From a virus (taxonomy: Duplodnaviria; Heunggongvirae; Uroviricota; Caudoviricetes): 32,091 nt of DNA. Numbering within the stretch: position 1 is the first letter of the stretch; each line of letters starts with the position of its first letter. The stretch spans positions 1 to 32,091 of the IMG/VR virus record IMGVR_UViG_2609459797_000004; one strand, written 5' to 3'. The notes under the pieces are model-generated. The model was given only the letters and a program-made list of their open reading frames with translations. It made no database searches and had not been told where the DNA came from. Of this stretch, positions 1 to 10,343 are shown piece after piece. Both the position numbers and the translations under genes were made by a program.

Positions 1-273
1 TTTGAGCATGGTGTTGAGTTGCGCTTAATCCAGCCGGGCAAGCCAACGCAGAACGGATTTATTGAGAGCTTTAACGGACGATTTCGCGATGAATGTTTGA
101 ATGAGCACTGGTTCAGCGATATCGTTCATGCCAGGAAAATTATTAATGACTGGCGGCAGGATTATAACGAATGCCGCCCGCACTCCACGCTGAATTATCA
201 GACACCGTCTGAATTTGCAGCGGGCTGGAGAAAGGGTCATTCTGAGAATGAAGATTCCGACGTTACTAACTGA
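1..273 (+). CDS. IS3-family transposase OrfB (DDE integrase core), C-terminal fragment, 5' end cut by window edge
   Basis: Frame 1 is open from base 1. The motif [26 protein letters not shown]...[16 protein letters not shown] is typical of IS3-family OrfB C-termini. Confidence 0.8.
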   Translation, partial: FEHGVELRLIQPGKPTQNGFIESFNGRFRDECLNEHWFSDIVHARKIINDWRQDYNECRPHSTLNYQTPSEFAAGWRKGHSENEDSDVTN

Positions 274-302
274 GTGTTGTATCTAATCGTGGGGGCAGGT
301 CA
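1..302 (+). mobile_element. IS3-family insertion sequence, right-hand end (partial; continues left of the window)
   Basis: Transposase OrfB C-terminus reads to a stop at 271..273. The sequence ending near 302 reads from outside as TGACCTGCCCCC..., resembling an IS3-family terminal inverted repeat (TG...CA ends). Exact boundary uncertain. Confidence 0.55.
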
Positions 303-539
303 GCGGGTATGTGTGGAACATTTAAACAAATGTTTGCTTTTCAAGAAGCAACCCAGATGCCAGGCGGAGATGAATTTATTGAACGTTTTTTGAATACGGA
401 AATTTCTCGCCTAGGAATGTCACTTCAAGAGTTCATGAAGTTGTGCACAGATTCTATAGAGTCATACAATAAATTAAAAAGGATGTCAGAATAGCCATCC
501 ATGGCTATCGGGAGGTTAATATGGTAACAGTCGGTTGGA

Positions 540-2708
540 TTATTGTTGCCCTGCTTGTTGCTCTGTGGGCAAAGAATCGTTATTACTGAGAAAAGCGACA
601 ATACCAACGCGGGCTAGATTTTTCTTCTCGTCCGCTGATAGCGTATTTACCCAATCCCTATATGGTTTCACTTTCTGCATTGAAGCATCCACCGATTTCC
701 TAGAGGCTGGGGTGCTGGCGTGACCTGCGGCAATCCTTTTTGAGAGATTTTTAAAAGCCGGAGATGCTATTAATTCATCAGCGGCAGCCATTCTTGAGTT
801 TTTACCAGAACGGAGGAGGCTAAAGAGTCCCCCTGCCGTACCGGCTCCAGGCGCTCCGATGGCTGTGGTTAGCCCTTCTGCTTTAGCCACGTCTTTTCCT
901 ATTCCATATATACGCCCAAGCATTCCCTTTTCTCCTGCGAACTGATTCATCATCCGGTCAATTTGAGAGGAGGAATACACCTTCTCGCTGCCCACCCTTT
1001 GCATGCCAGAAGCCACCTCATAGATGTTTCTCAACCTACGCGTAGCCGGATAGCCAATTGCCCGGCTCAATGCCTGCATATTTGATTTGTTTCTTGATAG
1101 CCCTCCATACCACTTAACAAATCCAGGAACACCAAGTGACTGCCCGGGAGATTTAGCGAACGTAGTGAAAGCCCTATTCATTGCGGTGGCAACAGCTGGT
1201 TGCACCATGTCATCAGGAAGATTTGAAACTAGGCGACGGAAGTCACCGCCCTTTCCTTGAGACATATCGACGATAGCTTGCTGTAATTGCGGCACTATTC
1301 CTTTATCCAAGTCTCTGCCAAGATTTTGAACAGCGGCTGCCTGTACTGCGAATCTCTTTCTCCCGATCTCTCTAGCTAAATTCCATGTATCCTCTGCACC
1401 ATATTTGGCAGCAGCGGCTCCCTGATCTTGTATCAGTGCGCTTTCAATAATTCCAAGGTGCCGAGCGTCGATGCCGCTATATGGCCCTTTATCCATCTCT
1501 TTGCCAAGAGCCCTTCCAACCTGCCGTCGAACTGCATCAAGAAGACCATAAGTCGGGGCGGTGTTTGGGTCTATTTGTTCCAAGGTCTTTGACAGTTGAG
1601 GATATAGCGATTTTAGTTTTTCTAGCCCACCGACATCATCTGCAATATCCTCAATGGCGTTAGTGGTATGGGTGGTATCTACGGTAGCTCTTGTTGGAAT
1701 TTTTGCTCTAATTTGATTGTATAGAGTGTCTTCTTGGCGCTTCAGGTTTGATCTTAACTCCTCATAAGAGCTTTTTACCTTTTGATTGATAAAGTCCTTA
1801 TCAACACTCCCACCAAAATCATTAATAAATTTATCTGCCTGCTCTCCAAGCCTACTAATGGCCTCTCGCTGTGCGTGGAACAGTTTATTCCCTGGGGTTG
1901 CAGCTAAAGCATTTTCAAACGCGCGGTAAGAAGGGTTTCTGGAGTACATGCCGGGAGTTAAGGCATCCTCCATCCCAAGATTGCGGGCGGCCTGTAGCAC
2001 AGAATCATCTGGTGAAACGGCTTTCGCGAGAGCATTTAAACCAGATCTGTTTCCTGTTATTGGATTCACATCTGTAGCTTTCGTTGCAACCCTCGCCATT
2101 CCACTAAGTTCAGATGCCTGAGACATTTCTGCCGATGGAGGCCTAAACCTCTTCGTAACCGCACTGGCTGCTTTACTAATCACTGGAGATGCCAATTCAG
2201 CAATTGGACCAGCGGCAGCACCTATAGCCGCCCCTGTAGTTACATTGCCACCGGTTCCGTTAGCAACAACACCACCTTCAACCGCACCAAGCCCTGCGGC
2301 GGCAGCCAGCCTTGCCGCCCCTTTCGGAACCTGAGAAATAATCCCACCACCACTAACAAATGGCGCTGCTTGTCCAACAAACTCACCAACATCTTGTGCG
2401 GTTGATGGTTTTGCCGCTAACTTCTGCTGTAGAGACTGAATTGCGGCTTGCTCTTCTGGTGTCATATCCTGAAACAGGCCAACACCTTTACCAACATCCA
2501 TCAATCCACTGAGAACGCCATACATAAAACGGTCGAAACCGTTAGCATTATTAACAACATTTTCCTGTCTGGAATTTTCCTCTGGTGAAACCAAAGGAGA
2601 TTGCTGCTGTTCTGGTTGGGAATCAAGCACAAAGCCATCAGGAAGTTGTGAGTTATCAGGCTGTTCATCCAGAACAAACCCCTCTGGTAAACCTACATTG
2701 GTTGCCAT
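540..2708 (-). CDS. Internal virion/ejection protein, P22 gp16-like (722 aa)
   Basis: Last and largest of three consecutive ejection-protein-sized ORFs downstream of the tail needle, with a Gly/Ala-rich central segment. Assigned by size and position in the P22-like gene order; homology not verified. Confidence 0.55.
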   Translation of the reverse strand: MATNVGLPEGFVLDEQPDNSQLPDGFVLDSQPEQQQSPLVSPEENSRQENVVNNANGFDRFMYGVLSGLMDVGKGVGLFQDMTPEEQAAIQSLQQKLAAKPSTAQDVGEFVGQAAPFVSGGGIISQVPKGAARLAAAAGLGAVEGGVVANGTGGNVTTGAAIGAAAGPIAELASPVISKAASAVTKRFRPPSAEMSQASELSGMARVATKATDVNPITGNRSGLNALAKAVSPDDSVLQAARNLGMEDALTPGMYSRNPSYRAFENALAATPGNKLFHAQREAISRLGEQADKFINDFGGSVDKDFINQKVKSSYEELRSNLKRQEDTLYNQIRAKIPTRATVDTTHTTNAIEDIADDVGGLEKLKSLYPQLSKTLEQIDPNTAPTYGLLDAVRRQVGRALGKEMDKGPYSGIDARHLGIIESALIQDQGAAAAKYGAEDTWNLAREIGRKRFAVQAAAVQNLGRDLDKGIVPQLQQAIVDMSQGKGGDFRRLVSNLPDDMVQPAVATAMNRAFTTFAKSPGQSLGVPGFVKWYGGLSRNKSNMQALSRAIGYPATRRLRNIYEVASGMQRVGSEKVYSSSQIDRMMNQFAGEKGMLGRIYGIGKDVAKAEGLTTAIGAPGAGTAGGLFSLLRSGKNSRMAAADELIASPAFKNLSKRIAAGHASTPASRKSVDASMQKVKPYRDWVNTLSADEKKNLARVGIVAFLSNNDSLPTEQQAGQQ

Positions 2709-4042
2709 TGTCCGTTCCTGTAAATAATTTTCTGACCAGTTTTAGGATTTTTCGCGGTCATACCTTCTCGAAATGTTTGACCGCCAGATGTTGCTTGTTG
2801 TGTCTGTTGTTGCGCAGGCTGCTGAATATCTTCATACAGCTTGGCTTTTCTGGATTGCAATTGCTTAGTTAGTCCGCTGGGGAGAGAATCTCCATAAGTT
2901 GAAAGATAATCATCCATTTGCTGGTTAAACTTTTCGCCTTCAGTATTTGCCATCAGTTTTGAGGTGTTGATTAAGTCTTGGACTTGCTCATTATTCAGCA
3001 TCTTGCCGTTAGATAATTGGCTAACATAGTTACCAAGTGTGCCAAATATTCCATCAGTGCGTTTTACCTGCACTTGCTCACCTTCGCGTACCACAGATTG
3101 CGGATCCAGCGATTTCATATAGTTGAAAATCATTCCCAACTGCGCGGCTGGAGTGTTGCGCTTCCCAAGGGCTTGTAGGTTGTCAGAAGCACTGCGCATT
3201 GCAGAATAATTCTTTGAGAACCCATTAATATCACTATTCAGATCTCGAACAAGTTTTGGGTCAATCTTTCCGCTTTCCTGTTGTTTCATCCCTAATTCCT
3301 GCAACTTCAGGGCTACGTTATCATTATGCATTTGTGCCCGCTGAGCCCTGTCTAGTTGAGCGTTTTGGATATTTGCCCATCCTCTCGCGTTCTCCATGTC
3401 AGCCTGACGGATGCTTTCATCCAATCGCCCCTTCTCAAGTTGGCGACCAACCATCTTATCCTGATAATCCAGCATTTTATCCGGACCAACAGCCCCTAGC
3501 GTCATAGTAGTCAGCATGTGTGATAGCTGCTCTGGATTCTGAATACCTGTCTGAATCATCCAGTCAGCATTCGCCCCCACGCGATTTAACCTGTCCTTGT
3601 TGTCAGTAATGAATTTACTGTAGGCTTCCGGTCCCTGAGAAAGAGCGACGTTAGCCCTCATGGCTAAATCGCCCATATCGTTGCGTTGCTGATCATTAAG
3701 ACCGGAAAACGCCTGTTGTGCCTGTGCAACAAACGCTGGATTTTCCTGGGCAAACTTAAATAGTCCAGATGGATCACCAGAAGCCCATGCATCAGCGTGA
3801 ACCTTATTGAACGCACTAATAGCTTTCTGTTGCTGTTCCTGATTGTAAATATCAGCAACTCCAGCCAGACCACGTAACGCGGTCAGGCCAACGTTATTTG
3901 CACCTGAGCGAGCCAGTTCATTGTTTTCGCGGATCAGACCAAGCGTTGCGTTAATGTCGCTTGCCTTTGGTGCATTCTCATTTTGCGTACCAATGCCAGC
4001 CAGAAAACCACCAGAATTAATACCCTGTTGCCACGTAGCCAT
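2693..4042 (-). CDS. Ejection protein, P22 gp20-like (449 aa)
   Basis: Position between the gp7-like and gp16-like ORFs; Q/N-rich protein of the expected size. Confidence 0.5.
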   Translation of the reverse strand: MATWQQGINSGGFLAGIGTQNENAPKASDINATLGLIRENNELARSGANNVGLTALRGLAGVADIYNQEQQQKAISAFNKVHADAWASGDPSGLFKFAQENPAFVAQAQQAFSGLNDQQRNDMGDLAMRANVALSQGPEAYSKFITDNKDRLNRVGANADWMIQTGIQNPEQLSHMLTTMTLGAVGPDKMLDYQDKMVGRQLEKGRLDESIRQADMENARGWANIQNAQLDRAQRAQMHNDNVALKLQELGMKQQESGKIDPKLVRDLNSDINGFSKNYSAMRSASDNLQALGKRNTPAAQLGMIFNYMKSLDPQSVVREGEQVQVKRTDGIFGTLGNYVSQLSNGKMLNNEQVQDLINTSKLMANTEGEKFNQQMDDYLSTYGDSLPSGLTKQLQSRKAKLYEDIQQPAQQQTQQATSGGQTFREGMTAKNPKTGQKIIYRNGQWQPM

Positions 4043-4052
4043 TGATTAACCC

Positions 4053-4745
4053 TTAAAACAGTGAACCAAGCAGACCAAGACCAGCACCAATACCAGCACC
4101 CCACGGAGTTGATAGCTCGAGAGCACTGGCTATGCCACCACCCAAAAGCGCACCGGATGCAGCACCACTAACCCCCTGCTGCAATGCTGACGGTCGGTTG
4201 GCGTTTGCCGCCGCCAGTGCTGCGCTTTGCTGCGAAATCTGACTCATGTTGTTGGCATATGTTTGCCCGGCGTTTGCCTGTCCCTGAAGAGCGCCAAGAC
4301 CGATATTTGCCAGGTTGTTGTAATTGTTCATTTGTCCAGATAGCCATTGCTGACCAAGCGTTGGTGCGATTGTTGCTAACTGATTACTGGTTGCGGTGGA
4401 ACCCAATCCACCTGTTGCTTCCGCTGCCGCCAGACTCTGATAGCGAGCCTGACCAGCAAGATCTTTATACTGCTGAGAGTTGTAATACTGGTTAAGCGCC
4501 TGACCTTGCCCTTCCAGAGACGATAAGTTCTCGAGGCTGCCGAGATACTTATCAGCCAGAGGAGTAAACGGTTTCAGGTTGTTCATGATGGTGTTGAACT
4601 GCTGATTTTGCAGGTCTGCGGCATACTTCTGAGCTTCTGCGGCATACTTTGCGCTTTTATCAGAACTGCCACCTTTCCCACCCTTTTCAGGGCAATAAGG
4701 TTCCTCGCCGCGCAGTTTTCTGCCCAGCTTAAATGCATATAACAT
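4053..4745 (-). CDS. Ejection protein, P22 gp7-like (230 aa)
   Basis: N-terminus MLYAFKLGRKLRGEEPYCPEKGGKGG followed by a Gly/Ala/Gln-rich hydrophobic tail; size and position match gp7. Confidence 0.55.
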   Translation of the reverse strand: MLYAFKLGRKLRGEEPYCPEKGGKGGSSDKSAKYAAEAQKYAADLQNQQFNTIMNNLKPFTPLADKYLGSLENLSSLEGQGQALNQYYNSQQYKDLAGQARYQSLAAAEATGGLGSTATSNQLATIAPTLGQQWLSGQMNNYNNLANIGLGALQGQANAGQTYANNMSQISQQSAALAAANANRPSALQQGVSGAASGALLGGGIASALELSTPWGAGIGAGLGLLGSLF

Positions 4746-4747
4746 GG

Positions 4748-5203
4748 CTATCTCCCGTGATTCAGGAAGTCGATTAGTTCTTCGCGTGTGGCGCTGTAAA
4801 ACGTCACGTCATCCACGCCTTTGAAGTATTTCTTGATGGTTCCTACACGCTTAAGGCCAATCATTGCGCAGTACATCTGCCCGTGGCGGAATTTGCGTGC
4901 AGCGAACGATGTGACGCACTGAACGGTGGTGTTAGTCAGAATGTATCGCCAGAACGCCAGCCCGATTTCCTTGCTGAATCCGCGAATCTCTGGCAGGTAC
5001 ATGGCGTGGCAATCGAATGTAAGCGGCTGAATCTCCTGATAGTAAACAATGCCGCCGAACTGCCCGTGCACGTTCACCTCAAAGTAACGGCAATCAGGTT
5101 TGTAGTCGTATCCATCACCGTTGTTGCTCCCGGCAATAATGTCAGGGTGATTTCCGACTGCTTCGATCAGGTCGATGTTTCGCGTTGGTTTGAACTGAAT
5201 CAT
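4748..5203 (-). CDS. Virion assembly protein at the P22 gene 14 position (151 aa), function unverified
   Basis: Start overlaps the tail needle stop (TAATG); sits between needle and ejection genes. Confidence 0.4.
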   Translation of the reverse strand: MIQFKPTRNIDLIEAVGNHPDIIAGSNNGDGYDYKPDCRYFEVNVHGQFGGIVYYQEIQPLTFDCHAMYLPEIRGFSKEIGLAFWRYILTNTTVQCVTSFAARKFRHGQMYCAMIGLKRVGTIKKYFKGVDDVTFYSATREELIDFLNHGR

Positions 5204-6051
5204 TACTGCTCCGCGATTATCTTGATGGTTGTGGCAGTAAACGCCGCACCATTTGACTGAATGGTTAACGTACTGCCATTTGTGGCAAGAAAGCCGTCTT
5301 TATCCACGCTGAAGAATGTAGCTAACAGGATGTTGTCGGTTGTTGTCGCCGCATTACGACTGCTGACCAACGTGTCAGGAACAGAGCCGGAAAAGGTTAG
5401 CTGCATTGACCTGTTGGCGGTTCCGCTGGGCCACGTCCCGACGATCGACAGCTTGAAGAACAAGGTTTTGTTCTCGTTGAACACAACCATCTTGTTGTTA
5501 ACAGTGTCGAAGAATGGTGCCAACGTCCCGGATGACGGCGTGAGCGTTTTCAGCAGGCTAACAAGGTTGGTCGGCGCTGTCGGGATGGTTACTGATACGC
5601 CAGAGTAAACAACCTCTGACTTCTTGCGTGTGGTTGCATACTCCAGAGCATCAATGCGCGTTTCATGGTCTGAAACCTGAGACTCCAGCGACTGAACTCT
5701 GGTATCAAGCGACGCAATATCGCTTTCATTCTGAGTGATTCGTGTTTCATGTTCCTGAAGAGTTGATTCTGCCTGGCTGATTCGCTCCTCATGATTAACA
5801 AGCGTTGCTTCCGCAGCAGAAATTCGCTGCTCATGATCAGCGAGAATCACATCCTGCTCATCGTTCCTGACTTGTGCATCATAAGCGCCCTGTCCGGCCT
5901 CGTTGGCCTTGTTAGCCACGTTACCAACATCAGTACCCTGTGCGATAACGTAAAGCAGATACGACTGCGAGAAGATATTGCGTGGAAGGACTGATGTGTC
6001 GAGCCGTGTAGCCTGAATGATTACCGGCACATTGAGATTCGAATCAGCCAT
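5203..6051 (-). CDS. Tail needle protein (P22 gp26 family) with C-terminal knob domain, Sf6/HK620 type (282 aa)
   Basis: N-terminal ~60 aa ([43 protein letters not shown]...[18 protein letters not shown]) closely match the remembered gp26 N-terminus, followed by heptad coiled coil and an extra ~100-aa C-terminal domain. Confidence 0.8.
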   Translation of the reverse strand: MADSNLNVPVIIQATRLDTSVLPRNIFSQSYLLYVIAQGTDVGNVANKANEAGQGAYDAQVRNDEQDVILADHEQRISAAEATLVNHEERISQAESTLQEHETRITQNESDIASLDTRVQSLESQVSDHETRIDALEYATTRKKSEVVYSGVSVTIPTAPTNLVSLLKTLTPSSGTLAPFFDTVNNKMVVFNENKTLFFKLSIVGTWPSGTANRSMQLTFSGSVPDTLVSSRNAATTTDNILLATFFSVDKDGFLATNGSTLTIQSNGAAFTATTIKIIAEQ

Positions 6052-7469
6052 TACTCAATCCTTATCTGGCAGCCTGACAGAGTGACAGGTGACTTCGTGA
6101 TAACGCGCAATTTGAAGCCGACATTTTTCCTGATGCGCCCTACACGCTTCCACAAAACGCGTTTGTCGTAAACGAACGGTTCATTCTGCTCAATCATCTG
6201 CTCACGCCCGTAATTGATGCCGTCAGTGGTTGCAGAAAGGAACAAGCGGTCGGCGTACTGCGCAACACCAGTTGAAGATTCAACCTCAAGGTCGAACACT
6301 CTGGCGTTATCCGCTTTGAACAACGGAGTAAACAGCAGGTGTTCCTGTTGAAGCCCATACTGGCTGCTGATATCGAACTGCAATTTCCCGGTCACCGATT
6401 CCAGCTTATCGCCGCACGTTATTTGATTGCCTTCGTAAATGAAGTCGATAGCGCGGTACACATCGTCATACAGGCCTGTTTTCAGTACACACCATTGCGG
6501 ACCATTGGCACTTGAAGATGCGTCGTATACGAGGACATGGCGCGGAAGATGGATAATCAGCAGCTCATGAGCATCAAATCGCAGAGACTCCATTACGCCA
6601 TCAGCCAGTTCATCAGCAGTGTAGGAGCGTAGTATTTTCTCAATACTCGCGCTGGCGATTGGTGACACCTGACCGGAGCCGATGATGTATACAGACGGCG
6701 CACCCGTTGCCGGATTGCTGATGAACGCATACGAATCAGCAAACGGCGTTTTGCAGTAAGTCCCGGCGATGCCTTTTTGCACCATCAGTGATGGCTGTGC
6801 GACATACAAAGCTGCACCAACGGTGGTTGCACCAGTCAGGGAAAAATACTCAATCGTCGATGAACCAAAACAGACGATGAAGTCTCGCCATGTTCCGATG
6901 CCAATGATGCCGTCAGGCTGCGATTCTGCACGATATTGTGCGCTGTAGCGGTCAGGATGCGATTCGTCTTCAAGGTCAGTGATAAACCATGAATCAGTAC
7001 CGTCTTTTGACCACGCATAACGCCCACGTAAGCGAGTAATGTCACGAACCGAACCTAACTCATACTGCGTGAATCCGCTGTCTGTAGGCCAGTTTGAGAC
7101 GGTTTTAACCGTGCCATCATAGCGATACTCGACCAGTTGACCATTAACACCTACAGCCTGTGATGTTCGACCATGCGCCATTGATACGCGACCACTTCCG
7201 GCAACATCACCGACCTCACTTTCTCCTTTGTACAGCTTGCCACCACAGACGCGATAAACAGCACTCTGCGCCATGTTGTACTCGACGCCGCGAGATACAC
7301 CGTTCACATCAGAACGTTTTGCAATGCCCGGGAATGAGCGAAGATATCCGCTGCTGTTAAGGATTTCTTTTGGTGTAGCCAACATATTCACTGGCAGATA
7401 GTCGATATAGTCGGCGTTTCGAAAGTCTTTGCCGACACCTTTCATAAGCGGAAGTTGCTGAATCGGCAT
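6051..7469 (-). CDS. Tail hub/adaptor protein, P22 gp10-like (472 aa)
   Basis: Same length as P22 gp10 and located between the gp4-like and needle genes; stop overlaps needle start (TAATG). Confidence 0.6.
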   Translation of the reverse strand: MPIQQLPLMKGVGKDFRNADYIDYLPVNMLATPKEILNSSGYLRSFPGIAKRSDVNGVSRGVEYNMAQSAVYRVCGGKLYKGESEVGDVAGSGRVSMAHGRTSQAVGVNGQLVEYRYDGTVKTVSNWPTDSGFTQYELGSVRDITRLRGRYAWSKDGTDSWFITDLEDESHPDRYSAQYRAESQPDGIIGIGTWRDFIVCFGSSTIEYFSLTGATTVGAALYVAQPSLMVQKGIAGTYCKTPFADSYAFISNPATGAPSVYIIGSGQVSPIASASIEKILRSYTADELADGVMESLRFDAHELLIIHLPRHVLVYDASSSANGPQWCVLKTGLYDDVYRAIDFIYEGNQITCGDKLESVTGKLQFDISSQYGLQQEHLLFTPLFKADNARVFDLEVESSTGVAQYADRLFLSATTDGINYGREQMIEQNEPFVYDKRVLWKRVGRIRKNVGFKLRVITKSPVTLSGCQIRIE

Positions 7470-7477
7470 TTATTCAC

Positions 7478-7960
7478 CTATGCGTTTGGGGTATCGCCAT
7501 CAATCATAGGGAGATAGCCTGGATAATATCGGTCAGATGTAAACACGTCATATTTATTACCCTGTCCTACAGGAAAATCTCCACGTCGTCGCATTGAAGG
7601 AACAACCAGAGTGTCGGTCATCAAGGCATCATATGAGCGTTGGGCGTTACTGAGAACTTGCGGAGTTGGCTCAAGGCTGTAATCAGATAGCATTCTCAGC
7701 AATAACTGATAGCCTACTGCGTGTTTGTATTTTCTTGGAAGACCTGACTCATCATCTGGTAATGGCTGCTCATCTCCAGTTGCGAAAGCGTAACCAATGT
7801 CGCCGGGGTTAATCATCCACTCGGACATCATATCTTCCAGATCATTTACACCATCTTCAATTGATTGCGGCTCAACATCAGTCAGCGATGCATTAGAAGC
7901 AATAGCAAACTTACGAAGCGCAAAAAGGACGATCTCACCCTTTGTCAGTACTGTTGCCAT
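7478..7960 (-). CDS. Head-completion/tail adaptor protein, P22 gp4-like (160 aa)
   Basis: Size and position immediately downstream of the coat region and upstream of the gp10-like gene. Confidence 0.55.
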   Translation of the reverse strand: MATVLTKGEIVLFALRKFAIASNASLTDVEPQSIEDGVNDLEDMMSEWMINPGDIGYAFATGDEQPLPDDESGLPRKYKHAVGYQLLLRMLSDYSLEPTPQVLSNAQRSYDALMTDTLVVPSMRRRGDFPVGQGNKYDVFTSDRYYPGYLPMIDGDTPNA

Positions 7961-8120
7961 TGTCTGCCGCCTTACGACCTCGCTTACTGGTCGGTTTCAA
8001 TTCATCAACTGAGGCAACAAAGCCCAACTTTTCGAAAAACTGGAAGTCTTTTTCTGCGATAACGGCCTGTACATGCCCGGATTCGTTATCTGCGGCAAGG
8101 AATACACTCATGCGATCCAT
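7935..8120 (-). CDS. Small hypothetical protein (61 aa) between coat and gp4-like genes
   Basis: AGGA ribosome-binding site 6-7 nt upstream of the ATG; follows the coat-gene terminator. Confidence 0.35.
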   Translation of the reverse strand: MDRMSVFLAADNESGHVQAVIAEKDFQFFEKLGFVASVDELKPTSKRGRKAADNGNSTDKG

Positions 8121-8130
8121 ATTGTTTCCT

Positions 8131-8158
8131 TAAAACATAAAAGGGGCGTAAGCCCCTT
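8131..8158 (-). terminator. Intrinsic terminator downstream of the coat gene
   Basis: On the minus strand, AAGGGGC-TTAC-GCCCCTT hairpin followed by TTTATGTTTTA, 5-30 nt after the coat stop. Confidence 0.55.
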
Positions 8159-8162
8159 GTTA

Positions 8163-9434
8163 TTACGGATTACCGAAGAACTGACCGCCCATGTGAGGGT
8201 TAAAGCACACATATGCAGGCAGTAAGTCAAAGCGCATTTTTTGCACGTTGGCATCGCCATCTGCGTATTTATGTACGCGGATGGAGAAACCTTCATATGT
8301 TGCAACAGCAGAATCAATACTGTGCAGTTTCGGCAGTGGGATAGAGCCAAGTCCACAGAAGAACTTGTTATAGAACAGGTTTGGCTTCATTGTCTGGCTA
8401 GCAGTGCCTACTACAGATACGGCATCGCCTGCCGCTACCTGACGACTTACAGAGTTGTACTGCGGGTTTGTAGTGTCATAAATCGGAACACCAGAAAGCG
8501 TAACCGTCACATCGCCACTGCCGTCTGAATCAGCATCAGCAGTAACCGTTGCAGTGAAGCTAATTGGTGTGGCTCCGTTATACAACGCCTGTTTGGTCTG
8601 CTGTTGCAGCCAGTAGGTATTGGTGAATTTAACCTGATCACCAGCTTTCAGAAAACCTGTAACGCTGGTTGTCGCTCCGGTCAATGTTACAGTGAACTGG
8701 TATGAGTCTTTAACTGCGTTATAGGTAACAGTTGGCTGTGTTTTGACTGTCAGTGTTCCGCCAAATGCCCCCTGCGTACGAGAGGCAAGCCCATTAGACA
8801 TCAGTGCGCGAATGCCGCCAAAATTGGTTGGGATCTGTGCATTCTCCCATGCAGTACGAACCAATTGATCTGAAGCGTGCAAACCAGTCTGCGCATCAGC
8901 AAGTCGCTGTGCAGACCATGGATCCATTACAGCATAGTTTTCACCTTCATTAACGCCGAGGTCTTTCAGGAAAGATGCTGTCTGCGCAACATCAGACCAT
9001 TTGGTGATTGGAGTATTGGGGCTACCAAGTGACAACGCACCGTTATTCATCATGAAGTGAGCAAGCTCTGTTTCAAGGTCGGTAACGATTCGCTGGCGAA
9101 CCGGCGCGAGAATTTCCTCCAGTTGGTTAAGCTTGATCGCTTCCTCCAGTTGCTGATATTCAACAGCAACAGTGATGTAGTTACCTACACGCCCCGTAGC
9201 TTTACCTGAGATCAGGTTGTTTTTATTTTGCCCTGAAATATCACCATTGGGAGTACGGAGGGATGAGAATTGATGCGGACGTTTAAAGCTAACGCTATCG
9301 CCAGTGCTGGAGTTGATTTCACCTGCCAGCAACTGACGGTCTACGGTTTTCGCCAGAACTAAATCTGACATAAAACCCGGAAGGAATTTTTTCAGAACGA
9401 TTTGACTGACGTTACTGTCGAGATTGTTAGGCAT
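8163..9434 (-). CDS. Major capsid (coat) protein, Sf6-type (423 aa)
   Basis: Position after scaffold in the P22-like order; size matches Sf6-type coat; followed by a strong terminator. Confidence 0.7.
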   Translation of the reverse strand: MPNNLDSNVSQIVLKKFLPGFMSDLVLAKTVDRQLLAGEINSSTGDSVSFKRPHQFSSLRTPNGDISGQNKNNLISGKATGRVGNYITVAVEYQQLEEAIKLNQLEEILAPVRQRIVTDLETELAHFMMNNGALSLGSPNTPITKWSDVAQTASFLKDLGVNEGENYAVMDPWSAQRLADAQTGLHASDQLVRTAWENAQIPTNFGGIRALMSNGLASRTQGAFGGTLTVKTQPTVTYNAVKDSYQFTVTLTGATTSVTGFLKAGDQVKFTNTYWLQQQTKQALYNGATPISFTATVTADADSDGSGDVTVTLSGVPIYDTTNPQYNSVSRQVAAGDAVSVVGTASQTMKPNLFYNKFFCGLGSIPLPKLHSIDSAVATYEGFSIRVHKYADGDANVQKMRFDLLPAYVCFNPHMGGQFFGNP

Positions 9435-9445
9435 TTATCTTTTCC

Positions 9446-10330
9446 TTATTCGATTTTTGCGCCGGGGCATAATTTGTTGAATTCGTCTTGTTTCGCATCA
9501 GCACCGCCACCACGTACTTCCGGCTCTGGCTTGATGGCTTTCTTTGGTTTTGGAGCAAGGCTTACCTGTTTGCTAATCTGCCCCAAGAGGAATGCTGCGC
9601 GAATTGGATCTGTCTCAGCGGCTACACGCTGGCGTAATTGCTGGCTCTTACCTAAGCCATAGGCGAGTAGTTCAGAGCCTTCGTCTGCACAGTGAATGAT
9701 GATTTCCTGCTGAATTGGTGGTAGCTCACTAAGAACAATGGCCTCCATTTCCTGATAATCTTTCACAGGAAGTTTGGCTGCCCGTTGTTTATGCGCTTCT
9801 ACCCTTTGCTGGAAACGCTGTTGGTATTCCTGTTGCTGACGTAGTTTTTGTTGCTGCTGCTGTTCGACACGGCCTTTTTTCTCATGCCAATCAGTCAATG
9901 CCTGTTCAAACGCCTGTTCGTCATAATCACACGACTCAAGAGTCGGTTTTGGTGGAATAGCGTCTGGTTGTGGTTGCTGATGTTCCGCAGGCTTGGCTAA
10001 TGCTTCCTCAAGCTGGCGGCGCAACTCACGGTTTTCTTTCTGTGTTTCTTTGAAGCCTTTGCGAAGATCTTTCACCCATTGCGGTGCAGGTTGCCCGTCA
10101 ATGTGATCATCATCGTCAGCGTTAAGCTGAATTTCTTCATCACCAATACGCAAGGCGTAATCTTCTGGTGTCTCTTCGGTTTTTTCAGGATCAGTTGCCA
10201 TCTCTTTTCCGTTGTCATCCTGGCTTTCATTCTCAGGCTGTGACTCTGTTTGGATGATGGTTTCTTCTGCATTTTCCTGTGTTTCAGACAGGTCAATAAC
10301 CTGACCGTCGATGATCAGTTCGTTTTCCAT
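9446..10330 (-). CDS. Scaffolding protein (294 aa)
   Basis: Highly acidic and Gln-rich helical protein between portal and coat genes. Confidence 0.6.
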   Translation of the reverse strand: MENELIIDGQVIDLSETQENAEETIIQTESQPENESQDDNGKEMATDPEKTEETPEDYALRIGDEEIQLNADDDDHIDGQPAPQWVKDLRKGFKETQKENRELRRQLEEALAKPAEHQQPQPDAIPPKPTLESCDYDEQAFEQALTDWHEKKGRVEQQQQQKLRQQQEYQQRFQQRVEAHKQRAAKLPVKDYQEMEAIVLSELPPIQQEIIIHCADEGSELLAYGLGKSQQLRQRVAAETDPIRAAFLLGQISKQVSLAPKPKKAIKPEPEVRGGGADAKQDEFNKLCPGAKIE

Positions 10331-10343
10331 TGATTACTCCTGG

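Noticed and set aside
309-494. 61-aa plus-strand ORF between the IS end and the gp16-like gene
   Set aside because: No ribosome-binding site, AT-rich context, and opposite orientation to the operon; cannot be supported as a gene, though a moron remnant is not excluded.
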